Positions 17,369-27,493 of a stretch of 64,000 bases of DNA are shown one piece after another. The notes beneath the pieces are model-generated. The model worked only from the letters and a program-made list of their open reading frames with translations. It did no database searches and was not told the origin of the DNA. The stretch's first letter is position 1, and every line of letters starts with the position of its first letter. The stretch spans positions 128,640-192,639 of the forward strand of contig JAQWQJ010000077.1 of NCBI GenBank assembly GCA_029244725.1. The letters are read 5' to 3'. Origin of the DNA: Paracoccaceae bacterium (GTDB taxonomy: Bacteria > Pseudomonadota > Alphaproteobacteria > Rhodobacterales > Rhodobacteraceae). The position numbers and the translations under genes are program-made.

Positions 17369-17513
17369 TGGGATCCCAAAGTCAATAAAAGCTTAGCCAA
17401 ACTTTAAAATATATCAATTTCGGGCTTGAACTGGATCCCAAAATTGAGTTTATTGGGCAATAAGGGGTCGAAAACCCCCGACTCTGCTGCAATTGGATCA
17501 AGACAGGATCCCA
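17369..17513. promoter_or_regulatory. Three GGATCC-core operator-like boxes between the GntR gene and dctP
   Basis: TGGGATCCCA lies at 17369-17378, CTGGATCCCA at 17431-17440 (62 bp later) and CAGGATCCCA at 17504-17513. Confidence 0.6.
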
Positions 17514-17553
17514 AATGCATCGAGTTCCAAGATGTGCCTTTGAGGAGATAAGC

Positions 17554-18570
17554 ATGACTTTTTCACGGATTACGCTGACCGCAGCGCTATCGGGCGCACT
17601 AGGAGTCGCCGCGCTCACCGCGTCGGCAGAAGAGCTTTCAGTCGCGACTTTCTTGCCGCCGCAGCACCATACAAACACCTGAATGTTCACTTGGTTTGCA
17701 AACGAGATTGAAGAACGGTCGGGCGGAACCTTGACGATGAAGCTGTATCCCGCTGGTCAGCTTGGCGCTGGACCGGTGCAACAATACAAACGCGCTGTTG
17801 AAGGGGTTGCGGATATCACCTTTGGGGTTTCGGCATACACTCCTGCCTTGTTCCCAAAATCGATGCTGCCGATCTTGCCTGGCAAGGCGAACAACGCAAA
17901 TGAATCTACCAATGCAATTTGGGAAAACTGGAACCACTTTGCGGACGAATATAATGACGTAAAGGTCTTGGCTGTGGGTACTGTCGTAGGCAACCTTTTG
18001 GCAGCGACCAAAGACGTTTCGACGATGAAAGGCTTGGACGGTGTTAAACTGGTTCCATTCGCAGCGATGACAACTCCGATTGTCGAAGCACTCGGAGCGG
18101 TTCCAGTGCAAATGCCGGTGACTGAGATGTACACAGGCCTGTCGACCGGTACGATCGATTCAACGACTGCGTCCTATAACAATATCACGATGCCTTGGAA
18201 CTTCTGGGACGTGTCGACTCATATTGTTGAAAACGTTCCAGCGACCTTTGCCGTGACCTACGCGGTTATGAACAAAGAGCGTTATATGGGCCTTTCGGAT
18301 GAGCACCGCACGATCATCGACGAGGTTGCTGGTTTACCCATGTTGCTTGAGCTTGCCGCATCGTTCGACAATGCAGACGACGTTTCAAGAGGCTTGATCG
18401 AAGAGAGGCTAGCCAGTGGTGACGCAGGCTTTGAGTGGGTCGTCGTCACTGATGAAGAGCGCGCCAAGATGGATGCGGCTGTCGCAGATGGTTTGGAAGT
18501 GATCTTCGCAGATTACGAAAGCCGCGGCATCTCGAATGCGCGCGAAATCTACAACGATCTGAATAAATAA
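17554..18570 (+). pseudogene. DctP-family TRAP solute-binding protein interrupted by an in-frame TGA (17680-17682)
   Basis: The ATG at 17554 follows a GAGGAG SD and encodes MTFSRITLTAALSGALGVAALTASAEELSVATFLPPQHHTNT. A TGA follows, and the same frame continues as the 17683..18570 ORF. Both parts align colinearly with the downstream paralog. Confidence 0.7.
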
Positions 18571-18637
18571 ACCGGTCGAAATGACCTGCGTCTCGAAGGT
18601 TCTTTCGGGGCATCAAAACCCAACAGGAGGACTTACC

Positions 18638-19657
18638 ATGAAAATCACTCGTTTTGGTCTAGCCGCTGCACTTGCAGGCGCTTTGAGCATCACCAGTCAA
18701 TCAGCGGCGGCCGAGGAGCTGTCGGTTGCAACCTTCGTTCCGCCGAGCCACGAATCCATCACCAAGGCTCTTGCCTGGTTTGGGAACGAACTGTCTGAGC
18801 GCTCCAACGGCGAGTTGACCCTAAAAGTCTATGCAGCTGGTCAACTAGGCGCAGGTCCGGGGCAGCAGTATAAACGGGCTGTCGAAGGCGTTGCCGACAT
18901 TACGTTTGGTATCGCATCGGTCACACCGACTTTGTTCCCTAAGACCATGCTTGCCATTCTCCCTGGTGCTGCGGTTGACGGACCAGACTCGACAGCCCGC
19001 ATGTGGCAAGTCTTTGACGAGTATATGGCTGACGAATGGAGTGACGTTAAAGTTCTCGGTATCGGTAACCCTGCAGGTGGCATGATCATTGCGACCAAAG
19101 ATGTTTCAACTATTGAAGGCATGAAGGGCGCAAAAATCGTTCCTTGGGCAGCGATGACCACACCGGTTATGCAAGGCATGGGCGCTGTGCCCGTGCAGCT
19201 TGATCCGACGGAGCATTACACAGCATTGTCGACCGGCACGATCGACGGTGCAATCTCTTCGATCAACAACATCATGCCACCTTGGAATCTTGATGAAGTT
19301 GCCGACTATGCGATCGTCAACACACCAGCGACCTTTAATCCTGTGTTCTACGTCATGAACAAAGAACGCTACATGGGTCTTTCGGATGAGCACCGCGCGA
19401 TCATCGATGAGGTCTCGGGTAAGCAATTCTCGATGCACCTTGTTCAGGCATTCCACGAAGCGGACCTGGAAGCGCTTGTGTGGAAAGACGAGAAGATTGC
19501 CGCCAACGAGCTTAATGTAGAGTGGATCGTCACATCAGATGAAGAGCGCGCGAAGATGGAGCAGGCCGCACGCGACGGCATGGCAGAAATCTACGAAGAC
19601 TACGCCGCGCGCGGTATCGATAACGCTCAGGAAATCTACGAAGCATTGAACCAGTAA
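18638..19657 (+). CDS. DctP-family TRAP solute-binding protein
   Basis: The start MKITRFGLAAALAG follows an AGGAGG SD, and a signal peptide is present. It is a paralog of the preceding gene. Confidence 0.85.
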   Translation: MKITRFGLAAALAGALSITSQSAAAEELSVATFVPPSHESITKALAWFGNELSERSNGELTLKVYAAGQLGAGPGQQYKRAVEGVADITFGIASVTPTLFPKTMLAILPGAAVDGPDSTARMWQVFDEYMADEWSDVKVLGIGNPAGGMIIATKDVSTIEGMKGAKIVPWAAMTTPVMQGMGAVPVQLDPTEHYTALSTGTIDGAISSINNIMPPWNLDEVADYAIVNTPATFNPVFYVMNKERYMGLSDEHRAIIDEVSGKQFSMHLVQAFHEADLEALVWKDEKIAANELNVEWIVTSDEERAKMEQAARDGMAEIYEDYAARGIDNAQEIYEALNQ

Positions 19658-19776
19658 CAAGAATTGCGCCTCGGAGAATTTTCGGGGCGCACACCAAAAA
19701 CATTTCGACATCAGGTCGCGCTGACCTAATCTCAAAACGTTTTTCAACCGCGACAAGCGAGGAATGGGAGCCTGAT

Positions 19777-20538
19777 ATGGTCGTTATCGTACCAACCAAC
19801 AAATCAGTAACAGAGTTTGAAGGTCTGCACCTCTATCACGGTGCGATTTCGAACTGCTCGATGCGTGTCAGAATAACGTTGATTGAAAAGGGCTTGGATT
19901 GGGAAAGTCATCCCCTTGATCTATTGAAAAAGGAAAACATCACCGACGAATATTTCGGGATTAATCCTAATGGCTTGGTGCCGACATTGGTGGACAACGG
20001 TGTCGTACATATCGAGTCCAACGATATCATCGACTATCTGGATGAAACCTATCCGGAACCTTCGCTTCGTGCGGAAAACAATGATGAAATGATGGAATGG
20101 CTGCACCTCGCGGCGGCGATCCATGTTCCAGCATGCAAGCCCTACGTTTACGCAACAAAGATTGCGCCGAAAATCAAGAAAACCAAGAAAGAGCAAGAGA
20201 AATACGACACTCTTCAGAAGAACCAGGAACTCAAGGACTTCCACTCCAAGCACGCAGGCGACAAGAGCTTTCAGACGAGCGACTTCGACAAAGCGAAAGC
20301 AATTCTGGCCGCATGCTTCACCAAGCTTGAAGTTACCCTTGAAGGTCGTGAATGGATCATGGGTGACAAGTTCACCTTGGCCGATATCTCGTGGATCCCT
20401 CTGTTCTTCGTGATTGATGGGTGTGGCTTCGACTTCGGGTCGTATCCCAATATTCGTCGTTGGGCGACCACTTTCAAAGCTAAGAAAAGCTACCAAGAGG
20501 GTGTCCTGAAGTGGTGCCCGGATTTCTCGCAGGTCTAA
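19777..20538 (+). CDS. Glutathione S-transferase family protein (zeta-like S-x-C N-terminal motif)
   Basis: LYHGAISNCSMRVRITLIEKG...NPNGLVPTLV gives the GST N-terminal thioredoxin-like fold. The SxCSxRVRI motif matches that of the zeta/MAAI/PcpC-type GSTs. Confidence 0.7.
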   Translation: MVVIVPTNKSVTEFEGLHLYHGAISNCSMRVRITLIEKGLDWESHPLDLLKKENITDEYFGINPNGLVPTLVDNGVVHIESNDIIDYLDETYPEPSLRAENNDEMMEWLHLAAAIHVPACKPYVYATKIAPKIKKTKKEQEKYDTLQKNQELKDFHSKHAGDKSFQTSDFDKAKAILAACFTKLEVTLEGREWIMGDKFTLADISWIPLFFVIDGCGFDFGSYPNIRRWATTFKAKKSYQEGVLKWCPDFSQV

Positions 20539-20556
20539 ATTGGGAAGCCTTTCAAA

Positions 20557-21093
20557 ATGAGTGAGCAGAAACCTCCAACATTTATCAGCCAGTTTGATCG
20601 GGTCCTGACTTGGATCTCGTTCATTTTTGGCGGCGTCACATTGGCCTTCATGACGGGCTATTCAACCCTAAACGTTCTGGTAATGCGCAAGGCGCTTAAT
20701 TCGCCGATCATTGGAGCAGAGGACTTATTGATCCTCTCATTGGTTGTGATCGTTGCTTTGTCTATCCCTCTAGGCGGTCGTACGGGATCCCATATTGAAA
20801 TCGAGGTTCTTGAAACGCGCATGTCGGCTTGGTTCGCGAAATGGTCGATGATCGTCGCAAAAATCGCTGGCTTGATCATGCTGGCGATCATGACACAGCA
20901 GCTCATCCACGCGGGTCAGAGCGCCGTTCGCTTCGGAGAAACGACGCAGCAGCTGCTGATTTCTTACGAGCCCTTCTACTATCTTCTTGCCGTTTCAATC
21001 GGGTGTTACGCACTTATCCTTGCGATGGATATCTGGCAGCTCGTACGCGGCTACAAAGTTGTTTCACTTAAAGTCAGCGGGCCGCTCGTATGA
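20557..21093 (+). CDS. TRAP transporter small permease (DctQ-like)
   Basis: 178-aa protein with four TM segments. Its stop overlaps the start of the large permease gene. Confidence 0.8.
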   Translation: MSEQKPPTFISQFDRVLTWISFIFGGVTLAFMTGYSTLNVLVMRKALNSPIIGAEDLLILSLVVIVALSIPLGGRTGSHIEIEVLETRMSAWFAKWSMIVAKIAGLIMLAIMTQQLIHAGQSAVRFGETTQQLLISYEPFYYLLAVSIGCYALILAMDIWQLVRGYKVVSLKVSGPLV

Positions 21094-22451
21094 TTAGTAT
21101 GACACTATTAGGCATTCTTGGTCTGCTCGCTCTCTTTTTGCTTCTCGCTGTGCGAATGCCAGTTGCGATTTCGATGCTTGTCGTAGGTTTCCTCGGAACC
21201 ATCATAGCCAACGCCAACAAGCTGATTGCGGTCGGAATGGCCAGCGATCAAGCTTGGGCGCGCGGTTTGAAAATTGCCTATTCGAATTTGGCAGGAGAGA
21301 CTTTCGAAGCTGCATCGAACTACAACCTTCTTGTCATTCCGATGTTCGTCCTGATGGGTAACCTTGCCGGTGTTTCGGGTATGTCGAAAGATCTGTTTAA
21401 TGCGGCGTACCGTTGGATGGGACATCTACGAGGTGGTCTTGCATCCGCAACGATTGCGGCCTGCGCTGGATTCGCTGCGCTATCGGGTTCTTCTTTGGCT
21501 TCAGCGATCACGATGGGTCGTGTGGCGCTTCCAGAAATGAAGAAGTACAACTACTCAGATAGCCTGGCGACTGGATCAGTGGCAGCTGGTGGTACTCTTG
21601 GCTTTTTGATCCCACCGTCCGGCGGCATGATCATCTACGCCGTGCTAACCGAACAATCTGTTGGCCGTCTTTTCATGGCCGGTGTATTCCCAGGTATTAT
21701 CCTGACGCTTCTCTTTATTGGGGCCATCTACTGGGTGGTTATACGCAATCCAGGTGCCGGACCCCGTGGTGAGAGATTTGCGCGACCGGAAAAGATGGCG
21801 TCGATTTTGCGGGCGTTGCCAATCATTGGTGTGGTTTTGCTGACAATCGGAGGCATGTACACCGGCTTTTTCACGCCAGTTGAGGCGTCAGCCGTCGGTG
21901 CGTTCTTCACTTTTGTTGTTGCAGCTTGGCGGCGGTCGTTGAATCTGACCGCGGTAAGAACAGTTGTTTTGGAAAGCATGACCTCGACAGCAACGGTTTT
22001 TCTAATCATCATCGGTGCGTTCGTCTTCATCCCGTTCATGTCAATGACCGAACTTCCGGCAAAGATGGTCGTGATCCTGACATCGCTTCCCATTGGAGAC
22101 CTTGGGATCTTAGTGATCATCATTCTGGTTTACATTTTCCTTGGCATGTTTCTTGAGTCCATCGCCATGTTGGTGCTGACAATTCCAGTCGTCATTCCGA
22201 TTGCGATTGGCCTTGAATGGGACCTGATCTGGTTCGGCATCATCGTTGTGATCGTCCTTGAGATGGGCATGATAAGTCCGCCCGTCGGAATCAATGTATT
22301 TATCGTGAAATCCATCGCACAAGACGTTCCGATGGCTGACATTTTCCGAGGTATCTGGCCTTTCTGGTTCGCAATGGCAGCCATGATCGGGCTGTTGATC
22401 CTCTTCCCTCAAATCGCATTATTCCTGCCCGAAACCATAGTCGGCGGCTAA
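21090..22451 (+). CDS. TRAP transporter large permease (DctM-like)
   Basis: 453-aa polytopic membrane protein, translationally coupled to the DctQ-like gene. Confidence 0.85.
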   Translation: MISMTLLGILGLLALFLLLAVRMPVAISMLVVGFLGTIIANANKLIAVGMASDQAWARGLKIAYSNLAGETFEAASNYNLLVIPMFVLMGNLAGVSGMSKDLFNAAYRWMGHLRGGLASATIAACAGFAALSGSSLASAITMGRVALPEMKKYNYSDSLATGSVAAGGTLGFLIPPSGGMIIYAVLTEQSVGRLFMAGVFPGIILTLLFIGAIYWVVIRNPGAGPRGERFARPEKMASILRALPIIGVVLLTIGGMYTGFFTPVEASAVGAFFTFVVAAWRRSLNLTAVRTVVLESMTSTATVFLIIIGAFVFIPFMSMTELPAKMVVILTSLPIGDLGILVIIILVYIFLGMFLESIAMLVLTIPVVIPIAIGLEWDLIWFGIIVVIVLEMGMISPPVGINVFIVKSIAQDVPMADIFRGIWPFWFAMAAMIGLLILFPQIALFLPETIVGG

Positions 22452-22469
22452 AAGAACAGGAGGTGTCCC

Positions 22470-23906
22470 ATGGACGCAAAATCTGACATGAAATCACTCC
22501 AGCACTTTATAGGCGGCAATTGGGTCGACGCGGAAGGCAGCAAGGTCTTCGAAGTTCTAAATCCATTGGATGACAGCCTTTATTGCTATTCGGCACACGG
22601 CACTGGCAACGATATGCGGGATGCGATTGCTGCGGCCAAAGCGGCTTTCCCTGCTTACAAAGAAACAACGCCGACTGAGCGCGAACGCTGGTTGTTGCGG
22701 GTCGCTGAGATCATGGAAGAGCGCCAGCAGGATCTGGTGAACTGTTTGGTTGATGAAATCGGTTCACCCGTTTCTAAAGCGATGTTTGAGATCACCAAAG
22801 GATTGACCATGGTCCGCGCCGCGGCTGGCCTATGCCGGAATGTGCGGGGTGAAACAATCCCGTCGGACGCACCAGGTAAGTTCTCAATGTCGATCCGCGA
22901 ACCGCTAGGAGTGGTGGCAGTTATCACGCCGTTTAACGTTCCGCTAATCAAGACAACACGACTGGTTGCGAACGCGTTGGCGGTCGGAAACACGGTTGTG
23001 CATCTGCCTTCGGAAATGGCGCCACATCTCAGTATGATCTTCGCGGAAATAGTCGCCGAAGCGGGTTTTCCAGCCGGAACCTACAATGTCGTTTCAGGCT
23101 TTGGCGCAGAAATCGGGGACGATCTGACAAGCAGCAAGGATATCGACTTTGTCACCTTTACCGGTTCGACTTTCGTTGGCCAGCACATCAACGAAATCTG
23201 TGCGAAGAACAAAACCCCGAACACGCTCGAATTGGGTGGCAAAAGTCCGACCGTTATTCTGGCAGACGCTGATCTTGATAAGGTTATGCCCTTGGCCGCC
23301 CGCTCGATCTTCATGTTCGCCGGCCAAGCGTGTATCGGATCAAGCCGCTTTTACGTCGAGCGCCCACTCTATGATGAGTTCGTGAAACGCTTCTCCGGCA
23401 TGATAGGCAAAATCGGAATGGGTGACTTACGTGATCCAAACACTGTGATTGCCCCGGCAATCTCACCGCGTCAGCGCGACCGGATCAACAGCCACATCGA
23501 AGATGCCCGAGCGAAGGGTGCAACTGTCTATGGTGGTGAATGGGAAGGTAATCGGTGCCGGCCAACGTTGCTGACCGATGTAACCGAGGAAATGACAGTT
23601 TGCCGAACTGAAACCTTCGGACCCGTAACCTCGATCTACCCGATAGACAGCTACGAAGAGGGCCTCGAACGCGCCAATGACTCCGAATATGGACTGTCGT
23701 CGGCGATCTTCACCAAGGATATCGACAAAGCCTTTCACTTCGCCCGCAATATCGACGCAGGTATGTGTCACATCAACGGCCCGACGATACATGATGAAGC
23801 GCATGTTCCGTTTGGAGGGAATGGCGAAAGCGGCGTTGGTCGTGAGGGCACTGACGCTGATATGGAAGCAATGACAGAACTTAAATGGGTAACAGTGCAG
23901 CTATGA
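22470..23906 (+). CDS. NAD(P)-dependent aldehyde dehydrogenase
   Basis: It has the ELGGKSP motif and a catalytic Cys context, FAGQACIGSSR. 478 aa. Confidence 0.85.
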   Translation: MDAKSDMKSLQHFIGGNWVDAEGSKVFEVLNPLDDSLYCYSAHGTGNDMRDAIAAAKAAFPAYKETTPTERERWLLRVAEIMEERQQDLVNCLVDEIGSPVSKAMFEITKGLTMVRAAAGLCRNVRGETIPSDAPGKFSMSIREPLGVVAVITPFNVPLIKTTRLVANALAVGNTVVHLPSEMAPHLSMIFAEIVAEAGFPAGTYNVVSGFGAEIGDDLTSSKDIDFVTFTGSTFVGQHINEICAKNKTPNTLELGGKSPTVILADADLDKVMPLAARSIFMFAGQACIGSSRFYVERPLYDEFVKRFSGMIGKIGMGDLRDPNTVIAPAISPRQRDRINSHIEDARAKGATVYGGEWEGNRCRPTLLTDVTEEMTVCRTETFGPVTSIYPIDSYEEGLERANDSEYGLSSAIFTKDIDKAFHFARNIDAGMCHINGPTIHDEAHVPFGGNGESGVGREGTDADMEAMTELKWVTVQL

Positions 23907-24724
23907 CATTTACACTATATCATCACGGATCTTCAGTTTGTGCGGCGAAAGTACGCTTCGCAATGGATGAGAAGGGCATGGAATGGGACGGCGTCTATAT
24001 CGACATCCTGAAAGGCGAGCAGTTCGACCCGGAATATATGAAACTCAATCCCAAAGCGGTTGTGCCCACTCTGGTCCACGACGGTACCGTGGTACCTGAC
24101 AGTACCGTGATCTGCGAATATCTCGATCACATCGTTCCTGAAAACCCGCTGCATCCGACCGACCCTTGGGAGTATGCACAGGTTCGCTACTGGACCAAAG
24201 CGGTCGACGAGGATCTGCACCCGGCGTGTGGTGCTGTGACTTTCGTGTGTTCACATCGCTTCACGGTGATGAAGAATCTTGGGCCAGAAGGCACTAAGGA
24301 GTTTCTTGCATCGACGCCAGAGTTTTCGGTGACAGCTGATTGGAATACCAAAAAGAAGATTTTTATGCGAGATGGTTTTGATGCTCCTGAAGCCGGTCAG
24401 AAGATCAAACTCTACGATAGCTATCTTCAGAAAATGGAGAAGGCGCTTGAAGGTGGGAATGACTGGCTGGTTGCCAACAAATTCACCATCGCAGACATTG
24501 CGATGACGCCCTATGTGAACCGCTTGGCGATGATGTCGATGCGCGGCCTGTGGGAAAATGGTCGTCTGCCGAATGTTGAAAAGTGGTTCGCTCGGATTGA
24601 GGCGCTTTCGAATTTTAAAAAGTGCCTGCTAGACTGGGTACCAGAGGACTTGACCAACGACTTGCGCGAAAACGGCGCCAAAAGCTGGCCAGAGGTTGCA
24701 AAAATTCTAGAAATTGAAATCTGA
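23903..24724 (+). CDS. Glutathione S-transferase family protein (zeta-like S-x-C motif)
   Basis: The ATG at 23903 overlaps the ALDH stop (ATGA). The N-terminus is MTFTLYHHGSSVCAAKVRFAM...NPKAVVPTLV. Confidence 0.7.
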   Translation: MTFTLYHHGSSVCAAKVRFAMDEKGMEWDGVYIDILKGEQFDPEYMKLNPKAVVPTLVHDGTVVPDSTVICEYLDHIVPENPLHPTDPWEYAQVRYWTKAVDEDLHPACGAVTFVCSHRFTVMKNLGPEGTKEFLASTPEFSVTADWNTKKKIFMRDGFDAPEAGQKIKLYDSYLQKMEKALEGGNDWLVANKFTIADIAMTPYVNRLAMMSMRGLWENGRLPNVEKWFARIEALSNFKKCLLDWVPEDLTNDLRENGAKSWPEVAKILEIEI

Positions 24725-24739
24725 ATGAAGGGGAGAGAC

Positions 24740-25495
24740 ATGGGAAGATTAGATGGTAAAACCGCCGCAATTACCGGAGCCGCGCGCGGTATCGGAGCGG
24801 AATACGCCAAAAAGCTCGCGTCTGAAGGCGCAAGCGTCGTTGTGACCGATATTCTGGATCCGGCTGATGTTGTTGCAGATATCAATGCAGCAGGTGGAAA
24901 CGCAATCGGCATGGTTGTTGACGTGACTTCAGACGACGATCTTAATGCCATGGTTGCAAAAGCAGAAAGCGAATTTGGTGCTCTGAATATTTTGGTGAAT
25001 AACGCCGGCTTGTTTGCGAATCTAGAATTGAAGCCGTTTTTTCAGATTAGCAATGACGAGTTCGACAAGGTCATGACAGTCAACGCGCGGTCTATCCATC
25101 AAGCGACTAAAGCAGCACTTCCTGCGATGATGCGTGCAGAAGGTGGAAAGATCGTCAACATTGCGTCGGGCACGTTCTACTATGGCCCTCCCGGTTTGTC
25201 TCACTACACAGCCTCAAAAGCGGCTGTGATCGGTCTGACACGTGGTCATGCTCGTGAGCTGGGTGACAAGAATATTCAAATCAATGCGATCGCTGTTGGC
25301 CTGACCGAAAGCAGCTCGATCAAAGATGAAGACAAATGGGATCGCGCTCGCGCACCTACAGTCGACTCTCGTTCGATCAAGCGCGATATGGTGCCTGAAG
25401 ATTTGCTCGGCACGCTCATGTTCCTGTGCACCTCGGACAGCGACTTTATCACCGGCCAGACGATAAACGTCGATGGTGGAAAAGTGAACCTCTAG
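24740..25495 (+). CDS. SDR-family oxidoreductase
   Basis: It has TGAARGIG (the TGxxxGxG motif) and YTASKAAV (the YxxxK motif). I prefer the ATG at 24740, which follows a GGAGA SD. Confidence 0.85.
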   Translation: MGRLDGKTAAITGAARGIGAEYAKKLASEGASVVVTDILDPADVVADINAAGGNAIGMVVDVTSDDDLNAMVAKAESEFGALNILVNNAGLFANLELKPFFQISNDEFDKVMTVNARSIHQATKAALPAMMRAEGGKIVNIASGTFYYGPPGLSHYTASKAAVIGLTRGHARELGDKNIQINAIAVGLTESSSIKDEDKWDRARAPTVDSRSIKRDMVPEDLLGTLMFLCTSDSDFITGQTINVDGGKVNL

Positions 25496-25505
25496 CGGAA
25501 ATAGT

Positions 25506-25979
25506 ATGTCCAAGCGTTATTCCTATACACCTCCTGGAGAGGGCACGAACTATGACTGGGCAGCGGATCACACCTTTGTAAAGGTATCGTACGCTGAAAC
25601 CGACGGTGCCTACACTTTGATGGAGGACAACCTGAAGGCCAATTTCAAACTTGGCCTTCACATGCACAAAAATCACGCTGAGACGTTTTATATTCTCGAA
25701 GGTGAAGTTGATTTTTTCGTCGACGGAGATTGGATGACGGCCGAACCGGGGACATGCATTCACATCCCGCCGTCCATCGAACATGCCTGCATCCTGACCC
25801 ATGGTTGCCAAAATGCGCGAATGTTGATGATCTTTCAGCCGTCGGGTTTTGACCTCTTTTTAGCTGAGATGGCCACAATGGACGACACCGACTTTGAGGA
25901 AGAGGCCAAAATGTCAGCGCTCAACGACAAGTACGACATTGTGAACATCGGCCCTGTACCACGGCGCCGAGCATCCTAA
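25506..25979 (+). CDS. Cupin-domain protein
   Basis: 157 aa. The pattern HMHKNHAETFYILEGE...IHIPPSIEH is cupin motif-like. Confidence 0.65.
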   Translation: MSKRYSYTPPGEGTNYDWAADHTFVKVSYAETDGAYTLMEDNLKANFKLGLHMHKNHAETFYILEGEVDFFVDGDWMTAEPGTCIHIPPSIEHACILTHGCQNARMLMIFQPSGFDLFLAEMATMDDTDFEEEAKMSALNDKYDIVNIGPVPRRRAS

Positions 25980-25995
25980 GAACGGAACCAATCAT

Positions 25996-26277
25996 ATGGA
26001 CCACACAGCGACGGCCGAAATCTCAACGGCTAAGGCCAGTGGGTATTTGCAACAAATCTGCAAGCACTTTAGCCACAAAATTGAAGTCGAATTCGATACG
26101 CATAAAGGCACGATCGCATTTCCATTCGGACATGCAGAGTTGGCAGCCGAGCAAGATGTACTGACGCTGAACGCCTTTGCTGGCAATGAGGACGACTTGG
26201 AAAAGTTAAAGCAAGTCCTCTCATCACACCTCGAACGCTTCGCATTTCGCGAATCCCTAGAAATTACTTGGAACTAG
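25996..26277 (+). CDS. DUF2218-like small protein
   Basis: 93 aa. The A.GYLQQICKHFSHK segment resembles DUF2218 proteins. The call rests on family resemblance only. Confidence 0.45.
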   Translation: MDHTATAEISTAKASGYLQQICKHFSHKIEVEFDTHKGTIAFPFGHAELAAEQDVLTLNAFAGNEDDLEKLKQVLSSHLERFAFRESLEITWN

Positions 26278-26280
26278 ATC

Positions 26281-27462
26281 ATGGCGACCATTGGCGAAGA
26301 CATTATCCGAAATAGCGGAACCACCCCTTTCTTTAAGCTGGCCAACGCGGACGAGGTCGGCATCGATGCGCCAGAAAACCGCAAGGGCGATGCGCTGCGA
26401 ACCTGGGTCCGTTCCTTTAGCGGCTTTCAGAAAGAGGCACTGATCCGGTCTGCGAAGACGGGCGATACTTGGCGTCTTGTCTCGGATGAAGGCCCTTATC
26501 TGAACGGTTTTGATGCAGCACCATGTCCCTTGGCCTTTCTATCAACAGGCATGATCGCAAGCTTCATGAATGAAATTCTGGCATTGGCCGAAATTCAAGG
26601 TGTTGTTATCCGCAAGCTTAAGCTCATTCAGGACAATTATTACACTATGAAGGGCTCGATGCCTAAGCGAACTATGATTGGCGGTGCCGAGAATATCGAC
26701 CTTCAGGTGGAAATAGACTGCGATTTGGACGATGCAGCGCTTAACGAATTTCTTATCAATGCCACCTATGCCTCACCTCTGAATGGATTGATGCGAGGTC
26801 AACTTAAGAGCCTCTTTAAGCTTTGCGCAAACGGACGTGAGCTACCTACAGCCAAAGTGGCTGAAATTGATGGCTCAGTTTTTCCAGATCCGGGTGATCA
26901 CTTCGCCAAGGCCAACGAGAAGGCGAGCGATTTGGCACTGATGTTGCCCATCGGGCCTACTCCGAAGAAAGAGGTGGTAAAGGGCACAACTTCAGGCGGC
27001 TCTTCTTTGTCGGACGAACAGGACCGCCGTCTAAATATCGGTGCAGTAGCGGTGCTTCGCGAGGACGGGATCAAAGAGATCCAGCAAATGCAGTATTCTC
27101 CTTTCGGTACGTCTTTCCGCTTTCTTTCGTCCGAAGATGGACGCGCACCTGACGCCAACACGCTGATTTCTGCAGGTATTGGATTCTGCTTCATGACTCA
27201 ATTCGGCCGTTTCGTATCGATGCTAAAGCTAGATTTGCCGGACTATCGCATCGTTCAGGATACGCATTTTTCTCTTGGCGGTGCTTCAGGTGGAACGGAA
27301 AAAGCCGGTGAGGCGGATCCAATCGAGACCCATGTTTACCTGGAAACCGGTGAAAGCGATGAGATGGCTCAAGAGATGCTCGATATTTCAGAGCAAACCT
27401 GTTTTCTTCATGCATTTTGCAGGACAGATCTTAAGACAAAGCTTAAGGTGGTGCGGGTATAG
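26281..27462 (+). CDS. OsmC-like (two-domain) protein
   Basis: 393 aa. DEGPYLNGFDAAPCPLAFLSTGMIASF resembles the OsmC/Ohr fold signature, and a second related half appears in the C-terminal part. Confidence 0.45.
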   Translation: MATIGEDIIRNSGTTPFFKLANADEVGIDAPENRKGDALRTWVRSFSGFQKEALIRSAKTGDTWRLVSDEGPYLNGFDAAPCPLAFLSTGMIASFMNEILALAEIQGVVIRKLKLIQDNYYTMKGSMPKRTMIGGAENIDLQVEIDCDLDDAALNEFLINATYASPLNGLMRGQLKSLFKLCANGRELPTAKVAEIDGSVFPDPGDHFAKANEKASDLALMLPIGPTPKKEVVKGTTSGGSSLSDEQDRRLNIGAVAVLREDGIKEIQQMQYSPFGTSFRFLSSEDGRAPDANTLISAGIGFCFMTQFGRFVSMLKLDLPDYRIVQDTHFSLGGASGGTEKAGEADPIETHVYLETGESDEMAQEMLDISEQTCFLHAFCRTDLKTKLKVVRV

Positions 27463-27493
27463 TACAAAGTTTGGTGAATAGTTGGAGGCCGAC

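Noticed and set aside
17680-17682. Selenocysteine or programmed recoding at the in-frame TGA of dctP.
   Set aside because: The aligned residue in the paralog is Lys, not Cys. I see no obvious SECIS-like hairpin immediately downstream and no sel genes in the window. A nonsense mutation or sequencing error is more parsimonious.
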